Notes under the pieces: model-generated
The model's input: the letters and a program-made list of their open reading frames with translations, nothing else
Told to the model about the DNA's origin: nothing
Database searches by the model: none
Assembly (NCBI GenBank): GCA_002633005.1
Contig: NMRA01000076.1
Span: forward strand, 562,277-626,276
Reading direction: 5' to 3'
DNA: 64,000 nucleotides
Origin: Phoronis australis
Lineage: Eukaryota; Animalia; Phoronida
Part shown: one piece after another, positions 14,095 through 29,000 of the stretch
Position numbering within the stretch: the first letter of the stretch is position 1
How the letters are laid out: each line of letters begins with the position of its first letter
Translations under genes and position numbers: made by a program

Positions 14095-17000
14095 CTGCAA
14101 GAGAAGAGGGAGAATGAGACTGAGTACAGTGGTAGATTGCATGAAACAGTCCCAGATAGGGACTCAACTAAGTTCCATACATCTACTGCGTATTTTTAGA
14201 CTTGTGAAAACACCGATTGTCCTTTCTTTTGAGTCTCATTACTAAGTCAATTTTTGACTTTGATACAAAACCGTAAGTAAACTCTACGTTGAATTCTCAA
14301 TATTATTGAAAATAAGTAGGGATCTTTTCATGCAACGCACCTAATTTAAGGACTTAGCCCCTAATTATTTTACTTGATTTAAGAGCTCAGTTTTCAGTTA
14401 TATTGTTAGAAAATGTCATTAGTCAAAGAAAAGCTCATAATAAAGGTAAACTGACAGAAAAAATACTACGCCTCTGAGTATAGAACGAAACTAAATGGCA
14501 AAAGATTTAGGGAATTTAGTTGAGTCCCTATTTGGGACTGTTTCATGCAATCTGGCACAGGACACCATGTTGACTGTCAAGATGGATAATTGATGCCTGG
14601 AGTGCAAAATAAGTGTTTTGTTGCAACTGGACTGCAGCACGACTAAGACAATTCAACTGCGTGGAAATTATTTTCGACATTTTCTGTCTCCTTTTGAACA
14701 ATGACCATATGCCCAAAACGCAGGTGGCTGTACCTTTGCCTCTGACTTAGCCATCAAGTTCTCAAATGGCGCATTTTTGAAGCTGTCAAGAATCTCCATA
14801 CGCTTCTCTTCTTTGGCGCGCTTCGTCTCCTCTGAATTGTCGCCTGAAAAAAAATTAATCACCACTGAATAATAATTCACTTACATGAGAATCCTGCCGC
14901 AAGATGAATACGGATTATAACAAGAACAAATAACCTTAAATGTGCTTACAGCTCTTAGACTAGGGCAGTATCAGGCTTGCCTCATTACAAACAATCTGTT
15001 CAAGTTCAAAAATAGTCACTTAATGTTGAACGTTAATGAATCTTTAAAACACGGATGCTCGTTAATATTACCTCATTAAGTTAATCACGAGGAGCTGAAG
15101 TTAACTACGTAAATTACTGAGGCCAAAAAAAGAACATAAATACTTATAGCACATGAACAAAACATGAAACCTCAATATACTAGAAGAAAAATATTTTTAG
15201 AAAAAGTTAATTACTTCTCAGTTAATTAAGAGGTAAAATTTCCTAAATTTCAATAAGCGTAATCAAATACGTACTTAACATCCTTTTTAAAGATTCAAAT
15301 GTAATGTCCTCTTCGGTTTTCTTCTGGAATACAAAAATAAGAGAATAGCAGTAAACCCTAGCGAGGCGGGAGCGGCTCTCGCCAGTTAGGCAGCGCGAGT
15401 CACTATTCATATTCTGGTGGCCATTGTGACGTCTACTTGAAGCTAATTGTTGGCTCGTCACTGACAGGCAAATGTCCATCCGGGTTCTCTGGAGACTTCG
15501 TGGTTTGAGTGAGTCTTGAATCGGAGTGTGTGAAGCGTGGCTGTATCCTTGGTATACGCACTATATATGACTGAACTGCAGTCGCTGGCCTTACTGTCTA
15601 TTTGCGAAATGCCCGTGACAACCAGTAAGGTTTGGAATGCAACTAAGTAAGGTCATGGGGGACCTTATTGACTAGTCAGTGTATTTAACTAAATATATGT
15701 AAACTATAGATTTTCACTCGGTAAAAGTATACATTTTCTGAAAGTAGAAAGACTACAATTAAATTTTTGACTTCTTACCAATCAGTCATTAATTGGGTCA
15801 CATGACCAAGTATTTTTAATAAAACGTAGCAAAAAATAAAAGTACATTCGTAGCACAACACTATTCATTTATATTCGATATAAACGCTCAAGATGAACGT
15901 TTTCTAAAATATAATTTCATTTTTGTTTCATGCAAGACATAAAATTTACCATGGAAATCATAGAAGTCTTAAGTTCAATAGCCCCTAATGGAAAAAGGCA
16001 ATATTAAGAAAAAAAAATCCAACACCGTTTCAGAGAATTGTGCATAAAGCACAGTGTCTAGAAGTCTCATATGAATATGATCAGACATTTCTGAGATACG
16101 ACGTTCCAAAGGTACCCAAATTTGTACATTTTTCTACGGTCCTGTTTTACCTATGTCAATCCTAGGCAAGAAAAGAAGCATCCACGCACCTAAACATCAA
16201 ACAAACTACAACAAGCATCAGGAAGCCCAGAAATCTCACGTTGTTCTGAGTTTTTGAAGAATGATACGGAAACATTGCTTTTAGTTATTAACAACTTGAA
16301 ATTGAGATGCCAGCAAACAACAACTTTCTGAAAACAATAGGGGTGGGCAGATCTTCAACCTACCCTGGAGAGTCCCGGCGAAGACTCTGCACTGTCCAGC
16401 TCTAGTTGAATGGAGTTGATATCACTGTAGATGCTGTGGGTGGCATCACTGGTGAAATCTGTCCGTGAATAAATTATGAAGATCATGTTATTGAAAATCA
16501 TAAACAAGTCTTTATTTATGAAGTATATGCTGTGGGCTTTCCCACGCAAACACAAGACAATACAATTGAATTAAGTGAAAGGATTACAAGACATATAACA
16601 GACATGGGATGTTTACAAATACGTAATTTGTCACATGATTCACATATGCAAATGAGCCTCAACTGATTTGAATATCACTATGGCAATACAGCATCTTGAA
16701 GATTTAAATCACTGCCTGATGACACATTATTGCCTCCTGTTTTACACTACGTTGGAAGTACTCAACTGTTTTGTTTCAAATGAGGAAAATCTGTTTTTCT
16801 GTGTACCAAGTCCCGGGATCAAAAAGGTATTCGATTGCTTTAAAGTTTGGGAATTAAGCTCTATGTCAGCAAGGTCTCTACATGAGCTGGAAAGTTTACA
16901 AAACTACAAAATCGTCCTAAAATTGACAAAACAAGGCACAAGATGTACAGAAAGACAAACTCCTCAATGGTCAAAAACCAGTAACCAGTACTGCCCTTAA

Positions 17001-20000
17001 CTGAAACAGAATCTAATGAAAATGTCTAATAGACGGCAAAAGTCAACATAAAAGGTAGTAGTAGAACATATGCATTTGTCAAAACTTTATCCAGCATGTG
17101 GCTTCCCTACAGACTACACCATGAATTCTTGGGAGTAAACCCCAACGTGCAAGGTTCAACACAGACACAGAGACTAAGAGCCAGGAGCTCAGCTGACTGC
17201 CTAGACTGACAGCTGAGCACATTACTAACACCAAGGCATGAATGACTGAATGAACCTTCGGCTAATTCACTCAACAGTAGTCGGATTTTGACAACTTGAC
17301 ATGAGCTATATACTCAGCTAACTTTAACTTGAGGCAGCTAGCTGAGCTTGTACCCTAGTCTGCGCTAAGCTTAATAGGCACAATGTCCTTCTACAACACT
17401 ATGACACTCTTGACAAGAGATGGCGCTTACCACCAGGCTTTTGATTGATGAACGCCGTCAGCCTCGAGGTGTCCCAACCACTAGCGCCGAGAGCTTCAGA
17501 CACAACAGTGCTGTCAAAGAGTAAGGTTTCAGCTGGAACAGCGATCTCAGGATAACTATAACAAGACAAAAAGAGACACTTTATAATGATATGAAAAGGA
17601 GTGAAAGAGGAGTAAGAAAGGGCTTTTCTGGATACAGCATAGTTCCTGTAGAGTAGAAGATGTCAAAAATGTCTTCTTGAAGGGGCAATTAACCTGCGCA
17701 GTCTGTCAAAAAACCACTATGGATTAAGACTACTTGACCAAGAAGAAAGTTTAGTCGAGGTGTCGAATGCAAGATCTATTTGAAATGTTAATAACCACTC
17801 TAATTCAAAAACGAACAGTGGAAATCCAGTCAAAATGTGTAGATGATCACATTGCTTTAAACAGCCAAGAGGCAGAGTGGTCTGCTACCAAATTCAGTTG
17901 TTTCACACACACACACAAACACAAACAGTGGCTTGTGCGAAGAAAACTAGGGTGGCCACAGAGTCACATTCTTATGGTTTCTTATATAAGAAGTGACTTG
18001 AATATCTAACTGGATTATTATTGAGCACCACAGGAGAGGTTCCAGTGACTGTTGATTACTGGGAAACCTCCAATTTTGTGACTGAAAATTTGAAAGAAAA
18101 ATATTAAAGCGAGGATTTTTACTGATGCACCACCTTTATTAAACCCGTAGTGGGCAACAGCAGATCATGCACTGTCCAATGGCCAAAGGTAGCCATGAAA
18201 ATATGCTCTAAGATTCTGGGTAGATTTGACCATGTGATCTTCCTTGCTTTATACCATATAACCAATAAGCGGGCTTTTCCCTCACCATTATGGTTGGCAC
18301 ATACGGTTCATGATAACTGAACATCATTCATAGCATTGATCAGGGAAAACTTACTTTTATCATTTATCATTGCTCAGTGATAAGAAATCAAAGTAAATTA
18401 TCATGACTGATGATAAACCATGGATGAAAAATTGCATCAGCCATTAATACGAATTTGTATCAACTATCTATATCATAGAAAGAGTTGATATGAGTTCACA
18501 TAAAAGATGTTTTATGCTAAATTATGATGAACCAAAATGGCTGATTTGAATAATCTAACTTGAATGAAGATGACAAGATGAATTTCAAAATGGCAACTGC
18601 TCCACTATTAAAAGACTTACAGGTACAAGACAAAATTTGCCAGACAAACTACTGTTTTCCCGCCAAGACGACCAAAAATGACTGGTAATGACTGCTACGT
18701 CAGGAATGTTCTAATGACAGAATAGCTTAGCCACCTTGACATCTTATTTTCCCTCCATTTTTGGTCACGAGAGAAGACTACTCTAACGAATTCGACTTCC
18801 ATCCAACCGTCAAGACGGGGAATTCAGAGCCGGGTTGCACGAAAGAGTCCCAAATAGGGACTCAACTTAGTTCCCAAAATCTTTTGCCTATTTGTGTCTT
18901 TCTTTACTCACAGATGTAATCTTTTTCTATAATTTCATCGTTATTATGAGCTGCTCTTTGACTAATGAAATTTTCTGATAACATACTAAAAACTGAGCCC
19001 TGAATTCAATGAACATAAATAGGGACTTAGTCCTTAGGTTAGGGTCTTTCCATGAAAAGATTCTTATTTATTTTCGGTGCTATTGAGAATTCACTGTAAA
19101 ATTCACCCTCGATTTGTAACAAAACCAAAAATTGACTCAGTAATGAAACTAAAACAGCATAAGAAAGGACAATCAGTCCAAAAATACGCAGTAGATTTAG
19201 GGAAATTAGTTGAGTCCCTACCTGGGACTATTTCATGCAACCGGTCATTGAATACTTTTGGCTAGTACTTTACCTGTCAGGACTATTGGACTTATTGAAG
19301 GCAAACTCTGGCAAGAGATGTGGAGCCTCAGTCTCTCGCAGCTCCAGAATCTGAAACGGGAGTTAAACAAAATCTGACTATAACATACTGCGTTTTCCAA
19401 TAACAGGGCCCTTGATACTGGGGTACACAAACAAAAATGCACGGGAACCTAGTATACCCTCAGGTGAGCAAGGGCCCTGAATAATATGCAGATATTGTAA
19501 ATTCTAAGGGTCGCACAGCCTTTACTGACACCAACAGAGTCAATTTTTCGAGCACTGGTATGATTCAATGTTGTGTTTGCATGAATTGTTATACCAGTTG
19601 AAATATAAGTAGTAAAGGGCAATTCCAACAGTGATTTACAAAGTATTGTAAAGTTCTTACTTCATGCAACTGTTCAAATGACAACAGATTATATTTTTTC
19701 ATCTTTTACCAAATTCAACAAAAAATACAGTAAAACCCTTATCCAATCAAATCAAGCGATTTTATCTGAGTAAGGCATAATATGACTTAACATAATTAGG
19801 GTCGAGAGCAGGATTTAGAAGAACCATTCTGGCAGACTTTAGCCCAGCAAATAAACTGAAGGTCTGACTTATGCACACTTATGTGAGTTTTACAGAATAT
19901 TAGTAACAATTATTGACTACGATACAGGCACTAGTGCTGAGCTGAAACATAACTGTGTTCAGACACTGAATATAACTATTTCTATCTACAGCAGACTTAG

Positions 20001-23000
20001 TGTTTTTGTAAGTTATAAAGTCAAAACTTTATTGAGTCATATATTACTCACCAAATGAGAACATTGAAGTCATGCAGATAAAACAGAGAAATAACAGAGT
20101 ATGTTGACAAAACAACAATTTAATGTCAAGATGATACTGACATAGTGAAAACTGACCAAACATAATATGATGGCAACAAAACAAACTATGTTGGGGCTGA
20201 CCTGCGACACATGATTGCTGAACGCGGGCACAGCGATGAGATGACCAATCAGATTGAAGAATGCCGCGATGATGGCATGTATAGCACACTGGTGAGTCAT
20301 GGCAATTCCAGTTTGGGTGGTGAGAGTTTTCTGCAAAAAACCCAACACTTTATTATATTAGGTGAAACTGGTCAACAAATCAGTTATAATATAGTCTTGT
20401 AATTATGAAATTCAAATACACAGAATCAAGTTTATCACATTGGGGAGCAAATATTTTTGATGAATAATACCTTCATCTATCAAAGATGATACTCATTGGG
20501 TGATGACAAAATCACTACAACAGGCGTGAAAATATAGATCACAAACCACCTGTTGGCCAACAGGTGGTGTGCAGACCATACTTAAAATGTTTGTCAACAC
20601 AGGGTTGACTAAACTTTTAGAAGAATAACCAGATCATCACTGTAAAAGGTTATAAATCCAGGCAAAAATTATTGACAAGTTATGAAGTCAAGCCTAGAAC
20701 AGGTGAATCAGCGACAGTAGTTTCTCCGCACCTGAATACTGAGGGTCATGCCAATCAAGTCCGCGACGACCTCCTCGCCTCCAGCCTCGACAACTAGTAG
20801 CGCCATGGTGCAGTAGACAGCCTCAAAGTTGTCCACATGATTGCTGTCTTGGCTAATGTTCTCCTGAATGCACCAATAGAACTGCTTGCCGTGCTGTGTG
20901 AGAAAGCAGTCGTCTAAGTTACCACGACAATGTACTTGAAATTACTTTGAAATACGTTCAGTCACTATCAGTCTCATTGAGAAAAACATCCTATCAATAG
21001 TGAATAACCATTTTCTATGCTGCATAACAAACCCATTAGATACATATTTAATATCTTGAATGTCTTGGTGATTTCAACAACTGAAGTAGAAGAAGCAACC
21101 TTCTTACCCATAAGAGAATTCAATAAATCTCACCAATTTGGGACACAATATGGCCGACAAGTGAAATTTTGTTCTCTCATTATGCTATGCGATATGTAGC
21201 ATCAAACTAATGCCATTCCCTGTTCTACTCATGGCCGTCATCGGACAATGTCTTCTGAAGATGTGAGAATTCACAACGATGATAATAAAACCTTGTAACA
21301 AAAAAGCTAATTTTAGCCATTATTTTTGTCTGAAATTGGCGAGATGTTACTGTAGCTTTGAAGTGTTAATGAACAGTGTCTTTACAGATGAAGTGACCGC
21401 CTCAATAGTAAGTTTGACTTTCAACACACAGGAACACTGCTTCACAGAAGCCATTTCAGGCACCATTGAACATGACAACGACAGAAAATTTTACTAATTT
21501 ACTTGATCATATGATCGCGTGCTTTATGCACCTTCCTTCCAAACTTAAAATCAGTTTTTGGAACTGATTGCTACATTTGCAATCAGTCAGGTGACATAAA
21601 ATGGGTTCAGACTGTAGCAAACATGTTAAAAAAGAATAAATGACGTCGAAATGGGTTCAGATAGTAACAAACTTCTTGCAAAAGAAAAAAAAAACACTGG
21701 CCCGGTCTCCAATCTCCGTACTCAGACTCATACTCATACTCGAGATTTCATACTCAAAATCGTGCTCACTGGAGTCGTACTCAAAAAAGCGTATCTAATG
21801 TTGTATTTCGAGTAGACTCCAAACGTACTCAAATCTGACACTCATACTCGAGTTGCTATGGAACTCTTTATGATGTGAATTGCAAAATCACGCAAAGCCG
21901 CGCTGATTCATCGCTCCCTATTGGAATGGACCACCCCAGGAACTAGGCCTACATTATCGTCTGCTGTCGCTACAACTACAAGAGTATGTCTATNNNNNNN
22001 NNNNNNNNNNNNNNNNNNNNNNNNNNNNNNNNNNNNNNNNNNNNNNNNNNNNNNNNNNNNNNNNNNNNNNNNNNNNNNNNNNNNNNNNNNNNNNNNNNNN
22101 NNNNNNNNNNNNNNNNNNNNNNNNNNNNNNNNNNNNNNNNNNNNNNNNNNNNNNNNNNNNNNNNNNNNNNNNNNNNNNNNNNNNNNNNNNNNNNNNNNNN
22201 NNNNNNNNNNNNNNNAATCCCACGGGAGTTCGAGACCTGAGCTGTCACTAAAGTGCAGTGACATATGATGAAAGTGTTCAAGATGTTTTACTCACTTTCT
22301 TCATAAATATAAGATCTGGGGTCTGTGGCTTGTCTACTTGAAGGTCCAACTCTGACAACTGTTTTGGTAACCTGCAAACACAAAGATGTTAGCTAAAATG
22401 AGACCATTGTGTCCAAGTGTGCCACCTCAAACAAAGACAAAACAAGTCAAGATGGTACAACGAGCCAAAAATACCACTTGACACAACAGTACTCTTCCTA
22501 TTACAGATCGTCTTTCATTTGTCCAAAGACCTCTTTAGTGCTTGGTTAGCAAGCTCACAACCTGAGTAGCCAAAAGGCCTCCACAGAAAAGATGTCTCGC
22601 AGCTGGTACCTTGTGAAAACTAGTACAGCAGGTGAATTTTTGATAATTTCAGCCACAAATATTTTAATTATGTCACGTGTAACAAGGCATAAATTGAAAG
22701 AACCGGAGATGACATACTTACTCTCACGGTAGATGAAGTAAATGAATACCGGTAAAACATGTCTGTATGGGTAAACTAAAATACATGCCCTCAACCAACT
22801 GCTACCCAGCTTGCAATAAAAAGGGACGGTACTTGTGCAGCTTAACTCTCCGTCTTTAGTGATTTATGTAGACATGTGACGCACATTTCAGAGTAGAAAT
22901 ACCCAAGAGTAGCACACAAGAACTTTTTAACATACTACACTCAAACATTATCCACTTTAATCTTATCACTTGTTTTTGAAAACATTAATGCCATATATTT

Positions 23001-26000
23001 GTTGCTTCCATTAAAAAAATCAACCGCATGAATTCAGTAACCAGCTCACCTAACGGAATTCAACTTCTCTGTGTTGCCGTGCCGATCGATGAGCGTGTGA
23101 AGAATCTCCTCGACAATGAGGCGGATCTGAGGCTCTGCCGCCAACGACATCCTCAGCAGGGGCTCCAATAGAGCCGAGGGAAAAGCGCTGCCCAGCTGGG
23201 TGGTCTTATATTTTGTGGCTACCTGAAACGAGAGCACAGCATGATCAGCACAGTCAGGATTTACTGATCTTGGAATGGACGACTACACAACTTCTACATC
23301 CCTAGGATCCAGTGAGCTGTGAACAATCCAGTGACAAACCTATGGTCATCTATTCACCAACAAGCTTTAGTTAAAGCTGACTATGTCATAAAGCCAATGT
23401 CTACTTTTACTGAGAGCAGAGTTAAATTCTACAGTAGTGTAGATATTTGGGCTAAATACACAAACTTGTCCATGAGATCCCACATAACCTAAGTGTACAT
23501 TACAAAAATTTGATCAGACACGTGTACGCGCACACATAACCTCAAAATATACACCAATTAATACCAAAGTACGCGTGGTCTATTTTCCATTACCTTCAGC
23601 ATAGTTTTGAGCAGCATCGTCTGGAGAGTGACGAAGGAGTCGGTACTAAGTGCCTCCTCTTCAGACAACATGGGAATCTTACTCAGCACAAACATCATTA
23701 TCTCAATCTTCTGGTAGTCGGGCAGGTTCTTGGCAAACTCACCTGCAGATAGGACAACACAGTGTACGTTACACTACCTTCTTCAGTAATTCCTGGTCTA
23801 GGGAACCTCTGGACTCTGCTTTGTGGAGTGGAAGGGAAGTGAGATGGTCAGGCGTAGTCTGGAATCACTAGATTTTCCTTTACGAACAACGGGGTTTGGG
23901 AGATGATTAGACAAGTGAAAGCCGTGGTTGCTGTGAATATTCATTTGGATCAAATGCCAAACATCAACAGAGGAAGAATGTGATTTTCATGGCTGCAGAC
24001 TTCTACAATGTCTGTTAAACAATTTGAGGGTTTTAATTTCACGAATGCTCTTATTATATCTTATCAAAAGTACCAGCCGAATCAACAACCATGTTTGGCT
24101 ATTAAGCACTAAAATAGTTCATTCCTAATAAAACCGAAGAACACCAAAATCACAGAAAACAAAACCTACACAGACGTAATAAGCACTGAAGTTAAAATAC
24201 AGTTTCTTGTATCTTTTACGAACCTAGCTTGATTACATTTCTTTTGCATATAATTTTTCTTACATCAAAATTAATTTGAGTTTTCCAGCAGATCTCCATG
24301 GAGCTCTATATAGTCTAACAGACAACGCTGCACTTAACAAGCTGAAGTAGAATGACTGTGAGACACTCATGTGCATCAGTGCTGTTCATTACAAAGCACT
24401 GCTAAGCTTACCTATTGTGTTGATTATTGCCTCCTGGAATCTACGTTCGTCTTCTAACATGGCTGCCACATCAGTCTTTGTCTCCACAGACACTCTCAAA
24501 TGCCTCAGGAGAGAGTTGAAGACCTCTAACACTGATGGGCCTGTTGTAGACATGTCAAACAGTTAACACAGATTGACTGCCGCTAACAGAATAGTTCCAT
24601 AAGAAATGTTACCAGAGAGCCAGTAATAAAGTGTTGGGCATACTGCCAATCGAGTCATGCCTCAACTGGCTCTGATTACGGTGACAACAAGTCAGTGATG
24701 CTTGCCTTCAGTCCGGCTCCACTGTAACCATGGTGGCAAACCAACTTTAATTACCATGGTGTCACATCTACCTAACCTCTATCTGCTATGATGACTGTCT
24801 ATGACAACATTTCAGTGATGCTAGTCACTGTTGCCATGGTGACACGCCAACCTCAGTAGTGGTCACACACCAACCAGTGAGCCTCCACTGGCTACTGTGG
24901 CTGTCTATGACAACACGTTAGTGACGCTGGCCTTGAGGTGGCCTCCACTATTACCATGGTGACATAACAACCTATGGAGCCACCAGAGGAGATGACAACT
25001 GTGACAACACGTCAGTGATGCCAGTCTTGAAGTGGTTTCCATTGTTACCATGGTGACATACTTACCTATGGAACCCCCAGCAGCTATGATGACTGTCTGT
25101 GACAACACGTCGGTGATGCTAGCTTTGAGCCGTGCGCCACTATTGCTGTGACCGTTCAGGTGATTCATCAACATCTGTACCACCTGATAACCATACTGGG
25201 CCTGAAAATAATGGTTGTCGCATGTCCTAACAAGTTTTGCGTAAAAATTCTCTTATCAATCCACAGCTCATAGCGGCATAAAGTGAACACATGAAAAGGC
25301 AACCACAGCTCATTATAAACTCACGTGACTTCGATCCCCGTGACATGCCTTTTAGTTAATATTTTAATTTTATTTTCCCAGTTGCTGTATAGCCTGCTAT
25401 TTATGTTTATGAGTTGAATATTTTTCTTAACAAGGTAAACCGATATTTCAGTACAATTTTGTACAGCAACAACACTGCATTCCTTTTTAGAGGTTTTTAA
25501 TAAGCAAAGTTCGCACTTGACCTTTTACACAGCTGTTCTAGGTGCCAAATGCAGTTTAACAATTATTTCTACAAGCAAATAGGTCTTGCCAAAGTTGTTC
25601 TCAATCAGTTGAATTTGACTTCTGAAGTGGCCCTGTACGGGGCTTTAACTAATTATTGACTTTCAACAAGGTCAATATGTTGGTTTCATGCTCCAAAAAT
25701 GAGGTAATAACCGAGATGGAAGATAACACGAACAAATTCATTAAAGAAGGCTATGTTTGGGCATTCCACCACTCAGTCAATCTGTCAGCTACCGGAGTTT
25801 TTAACTAAAAGATTTTAATAAAACTTGCAGGACAGGCATGAAAAGGACAAATGATCAATGAAACATATCATGCTAGACAACTGTACAAGTCGCTTCAATG
25901 AGAAACACTCGAAAAACATCACTTGGTTGTTTCAAAAAAAAATTAATGTTATGAGCGTGCAAATGATGTCTCTAAAAACATTCTAGTCTTTAAAAACACC

Positions 26001-29000
26001 TTTTTAGCAACAGCATGAAGAATAGAATAACAAATCCTTATGACGCCTTGCACTCTGCACCAAGAGCTTTATGTTTTAAGGATTTTTTATGAGACAAACA
26101 TAACATGAGCCATATGATTAAAAAGGTTTAAAAAACTTTTGATACAATGACTTGAAGTGGTGCAGTCGTTACATTGTGTCTTGCAAATGGAAAGATTCTC
26201 AGATCGAATCACAATACGATCTCCAGTTCTTCGCAAAGAACTCGTTAAAATGAATTATTACTATGCTGCCACCGCAGGGGTCAATAAGAATAATTTGTTA
26301 CCACGGCAGCAATCCATATGAACAATTATTGACTTGAAAATATTGACTGCAGGTGAGTTTGAAAATTCACAGTCTGTCCAAATCATCTAAATGAAAACTG
26401 ACGAGAGAAACAGAATTTTTTTTATCATTCTTATCTATACAGTAAAATCTAACCAATTTAGGACACAACATGGCAGACATGAAAATTACAGTACCATAAA
26501 AGGTTATGGCAACAAATGTTCAAAGTGACTTGAAAGACTCTTGTCTGCTTACATAGCAAAAAACCGGTTAGCAATCGGCACAATGAACCTGATGACCTGA
26601 TTACTTACATTTTTAATTCAAACTACCTACCTGCACAGAGTACATGATAATCTTGAACACCTTGACAGCAAAGTCGTTAGGGTTCCACAGCTGGTGATTA
26701 TCCAGGTGTCTGCAAACAAGGGATAACAACTGGATATCATTCATTGTCACACTGTTGCCAATTCTACAAAAACTCTAATAGAAAGTGGGACCAACACAAG
26801 AGAGATGGTATACACTCTACTATGGTGCAGCATTGAAGCTCAATATTGCAGAATCACAGAGGGCGCTGCGATATTTCAGGAGGTGGCTAATGAACTAAGC
26901 CTTTGATGAGAGATTCTCATGATTTATGTGTTTAAGTGGAACTTGCGCGCTAATTCCTTATCTCTGTGATTTCTTGGCCAAAATACTTGGAAGTACAACA
27001 TGTAGTGATGATATGAATATAAAACAGGTTGAGCGTTGCCAAATGATTTTAAGAACAAATTTTGTAATGAAATGATCCGGCGCAAATCACTGAACCGTGT
27101 CTAGTAAGTATCGTGCTAGGGAATAACACTGCGTGATGCGGGTTATGTGAGACCCAAGATACATCATTAGTGCAAAAGTTAACTATTTGCAGATTTCTTT
27201 TTCACATTTATAAGTTGCCAATGGATACAACTCCCCTCTGCCTAGATAATGTTCAAATAGCATTGCCATTTAGTTCCTTTTATACATTAGCACAGTTAGG
27301 AGCATGCAAATACATCTGTAAAATCCAGTCAGTCTGGAAAAGTTGCTGTTGTGCCGAACATGTTTCATGAATTGAGTGTTTGCAGTGACATAGACATCAT
27401 CCAATTATTTTACCTCCGTTGAAGCAAGTACACTGACGCACTTATTTTACAGACTATTAGCAATTATAATAAATGAAACAGATACTTCACGACAGCATGC
27501 TTGAATCCATCAAGTCACATGAGAATTTAGATATGGTTTCAATTCCCTTCTGCAGTAATGAAGTAGATTACAACAGAGCCCATGTCCATGATCAGATTTC
27601 TTCAAACGGTGAATAGCACTCAAAGTATCAAACGGGAAAACTGCAACACTAAGAGGCAGGGCTTGGAATGACCAATGACAAAAAAAGAGGAAAATTTTCC
27701 AGGTGATGTACTGTTTCACAAATAAGTAGGCTTGTGAGATAAATATATTTCTTATGTTGTAAAATTTAGGTGAGATAAATGTTTTTGCATGGATAATGTC
27801 AAAATAATGATAAAAAAGAGACACAAAAAGGGAAAACTGGAAATCAAATAGAAGGAAATTGAAACCAGAAAAGAGGAAATCTTCTTAAAAGAAAAAAATT
27901 CCAAGCAATGAAGAAGGCAAGTGGAAAAGACTCACGTGAGCACTGGTTTTAGTGCTGACGGCAGACTACCAAATGTTGCTCGGCAAACAAGGTCACGGAA
28001 GACATTCTCGGAGACGACAGATGGATGGTCATCGTCTTTGGGTGTTTCACTATCCTTACTGTTAAAAAGAATGAAATAATTTCAAACGACGGATCTCAAT
28101 TTCAATATCAGTTTCAAGAGATTACCATGCGTTTGAGACACAGATGCTTCTAAAGGATTATCATCGTTACCACTTTCATCAGCGGTATCAGTGTTATCAC
28201 CACCATAAGAACTGTCAATAACACCAGCTATTACCCCCAGACATCAAATTCACAATCATCACCACTGTGACTACCACAACCACGGCAACAACCACTTGCA
28301 CACCACAATTCCGTCACCATCACCATAACCATCCAAACCATAACCACCCAAACCATAACCACAATTCGCCAACTAAATCTTCGGCTACCACCTCCATCCC
28401 CCATCACCACTACCACCACCACCACCTACCAGCACCATCAGCATCACCACACCTACCACTAAGAAAGACACCACCACCAATGCCAGCTGCCACCATCACA
28501 CACCAGCACCCGNNNNNNNNNNNNNNNNNNNNNNNNNNNNNNNNNNNNNNNNNNNNNNNNNNNNNNNNNNNNNNNNNCACCAGCACCAAAGCAAGATTCA
28601 CCACTACCATTATAACCCCACTCACTTGAAACCTTCTTGCATGTTGAAGAGTAGTGACGGCACTATCTTGTCCATGTGTGACTGGTCCCATATGTTCACC
28701 TGTAGCTCATCTGTGATTGTTTTCCTGACTACACCTTGAATTCCACGGAGACCAGCTACGCGTATCCTACGGCAACATAACCCGTGCAATAAAAGCTGGC
28801 GACACAATAACCAAACTGTCATTTTCGATCACATTACCAGAAATGTCATTACGGCACTGTGATACAACAGAAACTGACCTGCTCCAATGTAAAGGTTGCA
28901 AAAACACCTCAGCAACACTCTTTTTGCCACATTTCACACAAGTTACGAGATAAACAGCTGCTAAGCATTCGTTCAGTCCAAATCAATCGATAAATCTCAT

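Noticed and set aside
21908-22281. Long X-containing ORFs here and at 51216-51627
   Set aside because: Artefacts of N-gaps
24660-25150. CRISPR-like repeat-spacer reading of the repeat array (also 43126-43243)
   Set aside because: Eukaryotic context, degenerate units homologous to an exon or internal to a transposon, no unique spacers and no cas genes
28231-28629. His/Thr/Pro-rich ORFs
   Set aside because: Translations of an intronic (CAC)n low-complexity tract containing an N-gap
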